A stretch of DNA of 64,000 bases. It comes from Octopus vulgaris. Lineage: Eukaryota. The translations under genes were made by a program, and so were the position numbers. Each line of letters starts with the position of its first letter. The first letter of the stretch is position 1. The DNA lies in assembly GCA_951406725.2 (NCBI GenBank), contig OX597837.1, positions 43,586,001 through 43,650,000 on the forward strand. Reading direction: 5' to 3'. This document shows, in pieces, positions 53,757-64,000 of the stretch. Below the pieces are notes generated by a model that ran no database searches, was not told the DNA's origin, and was given only the letters and a program-made list of their open reading frames with translations.

Positions 53757-54520
53757 TACATACATACATACATACATACATACATGAACTCTGCACGAAG
53801 TCTATTCGGCTTGTCGTCTTCATGATTTCAATCCCAATCGAGTACGAGGTTTGGCCATATCGACTGCGTCTCCCTCTCACTCGAGACGTATGACCTAACG
53901 TTCAAATAACAATATTATTAACATTAACAATAATTCGATGGAAGTTTTGAATTCAGCAAGCATATATCTGCTCGCCATTAATGTTCAGTGGAAAGGATTA
54001 GCTGTGTTGTAACTTTGTAAAGTATTTAATTAATGCTTTACCAACACATTTCATATCTTATGATGATATGAAAACGTAATCCGATTCTGCGAGAAATTTT
54101 TAAGTTTTCTTTAAGAGTTATTAAAAATTAATTAAAAGAACACTGAAGCTATTTCATAATTTCAAGTATTCTCTTAATTTTTCTTGTGTGCATATTAGTG
54201 TACAAATATCAGCTCTTCAGAATTTTATAGGATTAAACTAATCCTATGTATTAAGCATGAAAACTATTTTGTTTATAGATTATAACACGCAATTCTAAAA
54301 AGAAAAAGTTGAGTTTATTATTCTATGACAATCGTTGTATAACCTTATATATTTACTTAATATTTCGACAAATACATTAACGTGTATTCTTCGCTGATGA
54401 GATCACAGTTATACCGAAACGTTTTAAACGTTTTCCCTCCTTCTTGCTGAAATATTATTTCTCCTCATCGAACAAATATTCTTTGTTAGTTTTTACCGTT
54501 TTCTGCATTAAATATGACGA

Positions 54521-54790
<270 letters not shown>

Positions 54791-54929
54791 CATCAAAGAT
54801 TTTTAAAATATTTGTTTCTATTAAAGGCCCTGATGAGCCGAAAACGTCAAGAAAATCCGTCATTTTTTATTTTCTGTGTACGTTCTTAAGAGAGATCAAT
54901 TCGGCCCGTAACAAAGCGACATAAGCGGT

Positions 54930-55525
54930 TAAGAGAGTTCCCGTTGTTTGTAAATATGTGGTTGAGTTGGTGTGGGGGTTGAACTGTCGATGCATACATC
55001 CAAGTGTATGTATGCAGCTATTCACTTGAAAAATCTCAGACGTAGAATCTTTAGAATGTTTTACAGATTTTCACTGTGCCACTGATAGATTAGATTTGGG
55101 GAATCCGCGTCAGTTCCTCTTGCTCGTCACCGTGAAGCCGAATAAATCGAGGGTTTTATGCAAATTATATAAGTGTATGTGTGTATGTATGTGTTTGAAT
55201 TAGTGTCTGTCTGTGTGTATGTGTGTGAGTATGTGTGTGTGTGTGTGTATGTATGAGTGTGTGTGTGTATGAGAATGTGATTTTCATTTGAGTCTTATTT
55301 AAGTTCCCCTTAAGAGTTCAAACTGGTCGCTAAAAAGCTAATTAAGATTTTGAATAAAGAGATTTCCCGGTGTTTGTAGATATGTCGTTGAGCTGTCGTG
55401 TTGGCTGAGCTGTCGATGCACAGCACCAAGTGTTTACATCAATCCACAAACGAAACTCAGATGAAGAATTTTTAGAATGACTTACAAATCTTCCCTATAC
55501 CGCTAATAGACTGGATTCGAAGAAT
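54930..55525. repeat. Diverged ~175 bp direct repeat pair
   Basis: 54930-55105 versus 55355-55525 share ttcccg.tgtttgta.atatgt.gttgag, ctgtcgatgca, ccaagtgt, tttagaatg, ttaca.at. Confidence 0.75.
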
Positions 55526-55651
55526 GTCTTGCTTTCTTATTCCTACGTTTTTCTGTAATGTACGTACACAATTGTGTATGCATGTATCTACATATATGTG
55601 CATGTCTATAGATACGTACGTATGATGAAAAATAGAATATCATGTTGATAT

Positions 55652-55698
<47 letters not shown>

Positions 55699-55707
55699 TA
55701 TATATAA

Positions 55708-55740
<33 letters not shown>

Positions 55741-55993
55741 TGTATGTATGTATGTATGTATGTATGTATGTATGTATGTTTGTGTGTATGTATGTAGGTG
55801 TGCATCATAACATACCTTCTAAGTGCCGCGTAAACGAGCGAGCAAATGTGAAACTTAAGCTGCATTATACCTCTGATATATAAACACTCTCACAGAAACA
55901 CGCGCGCACACTTATTCTAGTAACGCTTACACACACACCTACACACACATATATATATACATGTGTATACAAACACACGCATATATATATATG

Positions 55994-56069
<76 letters not shown>

Positions 56070-56737
56070 AGAGAGCTAGAGAGATACATATGTATATATA
56101 CGCATACAGATATATATATATATGCATATGTAAATCTATGAATATAAGAATTTATATATAAATATACATATATACATATATATATCTATATATACACATA
56201 TATGTACATATATATATATATACATATACATATATTTATATCTATATATACATATATATATATATGCATATATATATGTATACACACATAGATATATATA
56301 TATATATCTACTCATATATACATATACCCATATATAGTGTGAGAGAGAGGAATGAAATGAGAAAGAAAGAGTTAGCGTTCAATAAATATTTAAATAGATT
56401 TTGCGTATTATTCTTTAAATTTTAACGTCATACATCATGTTTCATAGTCGAATTCATCACTCTGTCAAATTGGCGCCATTTACACAAATCTTAATGGAAA
56501 AACCCAAAAGACTGATTAACAAATATTCAAAGAACATTGTTATATATATTTTTTTACTTCTTTAAATCAAGGAAATGAAGAGAGAAATTAAGCAAAAGCA
56601 AAGAAATATAACGATATAAGAATTAATGCACGCATGCGCAAGGATATACATATAAATACACATACACAGGTATCTTAAGAAATGCATAAATTCATACACA
56701 CACACACACATATATTTATATATATTTACAAATATAT

Positions 56738-56807
<70 letters not shown>

Positions 56808-57044
56808 TTGTGTATATGTGCGCCACACGTGCATGCATATGCGCCAGCACAATCACACTCCCAAACATATACAAATATATATATATGGATAGATATATGT
56901 GTGTGTGTGTATACATGAGTGTGTATGCATCTATATATATACATAATGTATACATACATATATATATGTGTATGAACATATATGTGTGTGTGAGAGAGAG
57001 AGAGAGAGAGAGTGTGTGTGTATATGTATATATATATATGTATA

Positions 57045-57080
<36 letters not shown>

Positions 57081-57546
57081 TGTATGTATGTATGAATGTA
57101 TGTATTTACGTATACCTAAGCACATACTCGCGCATACGTGCATACATGCATACATACATAAATAGATACATACATACATACATACATGCATATATACATA
57201 CATACATTGACAAATCTCGCATTTTCCGAAACCAACGAGAGCAGAAGACAAGATTTATGCTCAGGAGTAAAAACAACGAAGCTAGCGTTCTGAAATAATT
57301 AATGTTTAGACTTTAGAAAACAAATAATTTCGTTATTTAATTAATTAGCATTATCATCATAATATTTGACTAGAATTTTCTTCACCACTCTTCGTCTGGG
57401 AAATGAATGATTTATGGTATTTGCTAGAGAGACCCCCAACAACAAAATATGTTATTTATATTTCTGTACATTATTAATATTAGCTTCACGGTTTAATTCT
57501 GCCTGTGTTCGAATCTTTGTTGCCGATATAAAAAAGAAAAGAAAAG

Positions 57547-57600
57547 AATAACAACAACAACATCAACAACAGTCATAATAATAATAATAATGGTAATAAC

Positions 57601-57665
<65 letters not shown>

Positions 57666-57679
57666 TGATGATGATGATG

Positions 57680-57737
<58 letters not shown>

Positions 57738-57748
57738 TGATGATGATG

Positions 57749-57827
<79 letters not shown>

Positions 57828-57835
57828 TGATGATG

Positions 57836-57895
<60 letters not shown>
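57547..57895. repeat. (AAT)n array with (GAT) islands
   Basis: Directly visible. Confidence 0.95.
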
Positions 57896-57897
<2 letters not shown>

Positions 57898-58367
57898 GAG
57901 AAAGCAACCATACTCTGGGATATGCCGATACACACAGATAGAGAAATTAAGGCCAACAGACCAGATATAGTTGTCAGAGATCATGAAGAAAAAAAATGCT
58001 TTCTAATTGATGTATCAATACCGGCAGATGACAACGTGTCTCTAAAAGAAATGGAGAAACTCTCAAAATACAAAACCTGGAAATAGACGTAACCAGAATG
58101 TGGAATCTAAAAACAGAGACAATTCCTATCATAGTAGGTGCATTAGGCATGATAAAAAAATATTCAGACAAATACATAACAAAAACACCAGGACTTACAA
58201 ACACATATAACATAGAGAAAATTGCACTACTAGGCACTGCACACATCCTACGCAAAACACTTCAATACAGTAACCACCAGAGCATCATTACAAATCACAG
58301 CACATACCCAAGGCACACAGAGCTGCGCTCGGTAGTGAAGTGAAAGCACGCTATAAAAATAAAACTA

Positions 58368-58371
<4 letters not shown>
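57896..58371 (+). mobile_element. 5'-truncated R4/Dong-like LINE (RLE domain and 3' UTR) inserted in (AAT)n
   Basis: EKATILWDMPIH...IKANRPDIVVRDHEEKKCFLIDVSIP...EKLSKY...IPIIVGALG...IEKIALLGTAHILRKTL; (AAT)n on both sides. Confidence 0.9.
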
Positions 58372-58447
<76 letters not shown>

Positions 58448-58589
58448 TAATAATGATAATAATAATAAGGATGTCCGAAACATCCCAGATGAACTATGCC
58501 TCAGTGAAATCCAAAGGATAATAATATTAATGATAATAATAGTAATTATGATAGTAATAACAGAATAGGAAGCCGGACATAATCTTAAT

Positions 58590-59040
58590 TGAGAAAGAAA
58601 ACAAACTATACTGGATCATAGACATAGCATGCCCAGCTGACAACAAGGTATGCGATAAGGAAGAAAGAAAAGTCGAGAGATATGACAGGTTAGCTTGGGA
58701 AGTTAATCAGTTGTGGTCGATGAAAAAAAGTAGCAGTAGTAGCAATAATTATCGGAACCCTGGGAACAGTGAGCAAAAATCTCGAGAAGTACCTAGAAGA
58801 AATAGGGGCTGCAACTATCAGATGTCGAAAAATAATAGTGGTGATGACGTTTGTGACGAGCGTTACTTTACATGGAACAAATAGGGGTAGCAATAAGGAT
58901 GGAGCACTTGCAGAAAGTAGCACTACTTGGAACCGCTCGAATACTCCGGATGGTATTCGAAAGTTACCTTGGTTCACTGGTACTGAACAGCTGGCGCCGT
59001 AGTATATCTCCAGCGTTAGAAGCTGTGCAAATACAATAAA
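58590..59040 (+). mobile_element. Second R4/Dong-like LINE 3' fragment, a different family, with an internal insertion
   Basis: WIIDIACPADNKVCDKEERKVERYDRLAWEVNQLWSMKKV...IIIGTLGTVSKNL...HLQKVALLGTARILRMV; ends in (AAT)n. Confidence 0.85.
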
Positions 59041-59042
59041 TA

Positions 59043-59106
<64 letters not shown>

Positions 59107-59194
59107 CAACAACAACAACAACAACAATAATAATAATAATAATAATAGTAATAATAATAATAATTATGATAATAATAATAATAATGATAATAAC

Positions 59195-59229
<35 letters not shown>

Positions 59230-59334
59230 TAATAATGATAATAACAATAATAATAATAATAATAATAACAATTACAATAATAATGATAACAACAACAACA
59301 ACAACAATAATAATAATAATAATAATGTTTGTTA

Positions 59335-59885
59335 TAGACACAAGGCCTGAAATTTCTTTGGAGGGATTGTTCATGCAATGGGCCCCAGTACGCGATGGGT
59401 AATTATTTTAACGACCATAAAAAGAGGAACAAAAAGCAAAGTCGACCGTGTTCGAATTTGAACTCAGGACGTAAGACGGACGAAATACCAATTTCTATAC
59501 TACCCACAAGGGGCTAAATACAGAGGGGACAAACAAGGACAGACAAACGGATTAAGTCGATTATATCGACTCCAGTGCATAACTGGTACTTATTTAATCG
59601 ACCCCGAAAGGATGAAAGGCAAAGTCGACCTCGGCGGAATTTGAATTCAGAACGTAGCCGCAGACGAAATAGCGGTAAGCATTTCGCCTGGCGTGCTAAC
59701 GATTCTGCCAGCTCGCCACCTTTCATAATAATAGTTTCAACTTTTGGCACAAGACAAACAATTCTCGTCCTCCAAAGGATGAATGGCAAAGTTGATACCG
59801 GCGGGAATTCGAAATCAGAACGTAAAACCACCGAAAGAAATGTCGCTTAGCAGTGTTCCTAACGCGCTACCGACTCTGCCACCTA
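59335..59885 (-). mobile_element. Three tandem family A SINE copies or fragments (full copy 59491-59720)
   Basis: Reverse complement of the 19277-19506 sequence. Confidence 0.85.
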
Positions 59886-60309
59886 AATGCGTTGCTAACC
59901 ACACCAAATAATAATTTACTAAAAAGTGAAGATAAAAATATGTTTTGGAAATTATGAAATAATTGTTTTTCATAAATGTAAAAATAATTACGACAACATA
60001 ATGATGCCGATAACAAATGTTGAATAAAGCTTATTATAAAAGTAATTACTATATACCTGTGTGTGAGTGTGTGTGTTTGTGTTTGTTTCTGTGTGTTTGT
60101 GTGGGTGGGAAGGTGGGCGGGTGGATAGGTGCGGGTGTATAGTGCGTAAATTGTAAAAATGTGCTTGTTATTTAGTGTTAGAGCCAGATGTCTTGCAACG
60201 GATGTCTTGCATATATATATATGGGTGTGTATGTATAAATATATATATATACATATACATATACATATATATATGTATATGTGTATATAAATATATATAT
60301 ATATATGTA

Positions 60310-60418
<109 letters not shown>

Positions 60419-60504
60419 ACAGAGTATGGGGGTTTAGTTCACTGGTGATCTAAACGACTAGGTACGCTAGGTAAGTGCTGTAATGGATTACGAGGGCTCC
60501 AAGG

Positions 60505-61331
60505 TCCGTTGACTTGCTGTGTTCCCAAAACATGTACCGAAAGTGGTAAATATCAAACATCCAGTCGACATCAATGTTTATGGAGTTATCACTAATGATG
60601 GCAACGTTATGCATACATTCATCTTCCCACACAGCCTCAGGCTCAACCTGGAAGCCTAAATCAAGTACCCGGAGGAGGTAGTGCTGCTCTGGGTCAAGAG
60701 GGTGGCTGCTGGAATAGGTATTAAAGTCTGGTAATAGGTATTAAAGTTATTTCGTCTGCCGCTACGTTCTGAGTTTAAATTCCACCGAGGTTAACTTTGC
60801 CTTACATCCTTTCGGGGTCGATTAAATAAGTACCAGTTACGCACTGGGGTCGATGTAATCGACTTAGTCCCTTTGTCTGTCCTTGTTTGTCCCATCTATG
60901 TTTATCCCCTTGTGGACAATAAAGAATTAAAATAGGACTCTGCAGGGGTACCTAGCCATGGCTGTCAGACAATTTCTACGGCCACATCACTCCTCACCTC
61001 TGACCACCTAACAACTCCTCAAACTGCAGCCTTCTTGGTTTTTATGAGCGAGAGATCAACAAAATTCCTTATAACACCAAAGATGAACTGAAGGCAAGAA
61101 TTATGGCAGCATTCACCAAATTATAGGGAAACCGCCCAGAAGTTTGCAGGAGATTCTGAAGTCGTCTGGAGGCCGTGGTTGAAGCTAATGGCGAATTTAT
61201 TGAATAAATTTACTCTTTAGTAGTTCAAGATATTTTTTATGTAACTTTGGTAAATATATCTCTTAAAATGAGATGTCAGTGTTATTTTTATTTTTGCGTA
61301 ATTTAAACGATAATTTATTTACCGTATCCTG
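60505..61331 (+). mobile_element. Second maT/DD37D-like Tc1/mariner remnant with right TIR, interrupted by a family A SINE (about 60739-60930)
   Basis: Colinear with 14550-15140. Ends ...TTTACCGTATCCTG|TA, which resembles the reverse complement of the left end at 14302. Confidence 0.85.
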
Positions 61332-61943
61332 TATACGTTAACTGTTTTCCTTAACCAATTCTATTCATTTCAACGGGGCATAAGTCTAGCCACAAAAATG
61401 CAAAAACTTTGAGACAGATAAAGAAGAAATATTAAAATTCAGATTACAATGAAACGCGTCAACATTAATACTATTATATGTATTTACATTACACTTAACT
61501 CCTATACATGCCTCAATGCCATGGAGAGAAACAATTCTGTCCAGATTTCCTGTCTTTTTGAACCTATCTGCAGAACTTGACCATAACCGGATGCACATTG
61601 TCACACTAGTCTAATAGCTTCTCACAATTCCCTTCCGTTACTGAAAGTGACGTCATTTCCTCCTAAAGCGTCCAACATTTATTCGGATTATCGACCGACT
61701 TTTGTGAATATCTCCAGTCGATCTATAATGTTATTGTTGCTTCGTTTCTGATCATTATTTTCCTTATTATTATTATTTACATTCATCATATTATGTGGCA
61801 TAAGTATATTATGCGTATATATATCAGTTTTATTTTTCGGTCCCTTTCCTTTCAATACATAAATTTTCCTGTCTGAATCACGCCATGCTCTTTACAATAT
61901 CACACCTTATTGTCCCACAATGAGATCGTCTTTGATTCCAATT

Positions 61944-61984
<41 letters not shown>

Positions 61985-61985
<1 letters not shown>

Positions 61986-62600
61986 TAAATTAGAGACAAA
62001 ACCACTATTAGGCAAATCAAACAATGAAAGACTTAAGCCAATACATATGATTAATTTATATTATTTAAATATGTAACAATTATTAAAAAATATAATTAAT
62101 ATCCACTACGATCGTTTCCTGTCTGCTGTCATCAATTTTTTGAGTCGCAGTCATTCATCAGGTGGTTTCAAAATCTAAAATATAATCAATATTTTTAAGA
62201 TATAAATAATATATATAATCTAAAATAATAATTTACTTATAATAAACTCTATTATTAAATATGATTATATCGAAATCGACTATAATGTTAAATATTAACT
62301 TTAATTTATAAGGTAGAAAACCCATATTCTAATATCAATATTAGTCTATATCTAATTACATAAATATTTAAAATGACTAATATATATAAATTATCAATGA
62401 AAATATATATAAATATTATAATCAAGATCTAAAATAATCTCTATAAACAATTGTATATAATAAAAACCTAATATATTTAATTTTTCATAAACTAACTTAA
62501 ACTGACTTTCGAAATCTTATGTAAAATACTTATAGAAATATTCAATTCTTAGTAATATAGTATTAAATAAATACTATAAGTACTATAAACATAATTATGA
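61985..62600 (-). mobile_element. AT-rich Penelope-like terminal unit between (TA)n tracts
   Basis: Contains an HHR. Its terminus aattagagacaaaaccactatta...caaacaatga is homologous to 4960-5015. Confidence 0.55.
62103..62165 (-). ncRNA. Type I hammerhead ribozyme motif with palindromic stem III
   Basis: Minus strand CCAC-CTGATGA-ATGACTGC...GCAGACAG-GAAAC-GATC-GTA-GTGG. Confidence 0.8.
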
Positions 62601-62653
62601 ATTATATATATATACATACACACACACGCACGCACACACGCGCACACACACAC

Positions 62654-62723
<70 letters not shown>

Positions 62724-63061
62724 GTGTGTGCGTGTGTGCATGCGTGTGTGTGTATGTACATATATATATAATTATAATAAGGGCATAGAAAGAAACCAAT
62801 GCTGAGAAAAAGGCGCTAAATCGTATCACCACTCAAGAAGTCACAAACACGTGTTGAATTCGAAACAACAAGCCAACGGTAATTACTGTTAAAACAGATA
62901 GCCCTGTATCAGCTAACTTCCGGACCTGCCCAATAGTGTTTCTGCCTTCAGCAGGACATACATAGAGAATAAATGAAATATTTATACATACCCACAGGAA
63001 AGCAAAGTTCAAAGCCGCAAATACACGTAAATACCCCAGTTATCTTGGAAAAAATTTCGTA

Positions 63062-63718
63062 GCCGGCATTTCAATTCGAAAATTTTCCAGAAAATTGATC
63101 AATAATTAATAATAATATCAAAGGGTAATCAGAAATATTTGAAATTTCCATTACCAATGGCCTAGCGTGTAAACAGTTTAGTCAATAGACTATATGTTAT
63201 TCATATAAATACAGTGTACATTTAAACACATAAGAGGTATCAGTCATTGGATTCCTTGCACGCTAGAGAGAACAGTTAAATTCCAAACCACTATTAAAGA
63301 TAAAATTTCAGATATTTCTGATTATCCTTTGATATTATTAATTATTGATAAGTTTTCTGGAAAATTTTCGAATTGAAAAGCCGGCATTTTATTTATTGCC
63401 AACAAGGAGCTGCGCTTGCGCGGTGAATTTGAAAAATTACAATGTATAAGCACGAGGCATATACTGGATTGCCTAGTGTATATATATTTAATCTAAGGTG
63501 TACCTGCTGAAGAAAACTTCGCATAGCGAATTATTTTATTCGATAAAAAATATCTGAAACCATTGGTCCAGGAGTTAGATGGTAAATGATTTTATTTTTC
63601 AATCCTTTCGAAATTTTATCCCCAATAGTGGTTTGGAATTTAACTGTCCTCTCTAGCGTGCAAGGAATCATATGATGGATACCTCTTATGTGTTTAAATG
63701 TACATTGTATTTATATGA

Positions 63719-63721
<3 letters not shown>
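63062..63721. repeat. Two interleaved inverted repeat pairs
   Basis: A 63062-63147 versus A' 63303-63385; B 63198-63309 versus B' 63610-63721. Both pairs are high identity by eye. Confidence 0.9.
63503..63572 (+). ncRNA. Type I hammerhead ribozyme motif with branched stem II
   Basis: CCTG-CTGAAGA-[TTCGC/GCGAA and TTTTAT/ATAAAA hairpins]-GAAAC-CATTG-GTC-CAGG. The base of stem II is imperfect. Confidence 0.7.
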
Positions 63722-63786
<65 letters not shown>

Positions 63787-63917
63787 TCCGTATATATTCT
63801 ACCAACAGAATATGTACCATGTTTAAAACAAAATGTACTGGGGCCGATCAGTACGATCCCAAATTTTTAAAGACAGCGCTTCAATATGACTGCTGTCTAA
63901 ACAAGTGTGTGTGTATG

Positions 63918-64000
<83 letters not shown>

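Noticed and set aside
61405-61465. GAAACGCGTC (typical PLE hammerhead 3' half)
   Set aside because: No upstream CTGANGA and no stems.

Overview
Eukaryotic, AT-rich, extremely microsatellite-dense non-coding DNA (intronic or intergenic). The repeat landscape resembles an octopus/cephalopod genome; this is an inference from remembered repeat families, not a database result. I can support no intact host gene, rRNA, tRNA or CRISPR array, and nearly all ORFs in the track are translations of simple repeats. Supportable content: several tRNA-derived SINE families (some with TSDs), decayed Tc1/mariner elements and a mariner MITE, a non-autonomous Helitron, R4/Dong-type LINE fragments in (AAT)n, and CR1-like and RTE-like remnants. 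The most notable signal is a high density of type I hammerhead-ribozyme (HHR) motifs. Five have a complete CUGANGA/GAAA/GUH core with supporting stems (3404-3489 +, 30828-30909 +, 44285-44329 -, 62103-62165 -, 63503-63572 +), and about ten more are minimal or degenerate. Most lie in short non-coding units abutting (TA)n-type tracts. One has a tRNA-like Pol III head, and one lies in an inverted, apparently permuted arrangement. This suggests a diverse population of Penelope-like/retrozyme-like non-autonomous retroelements. Coordinates were read by eye, and element edges are approximate.
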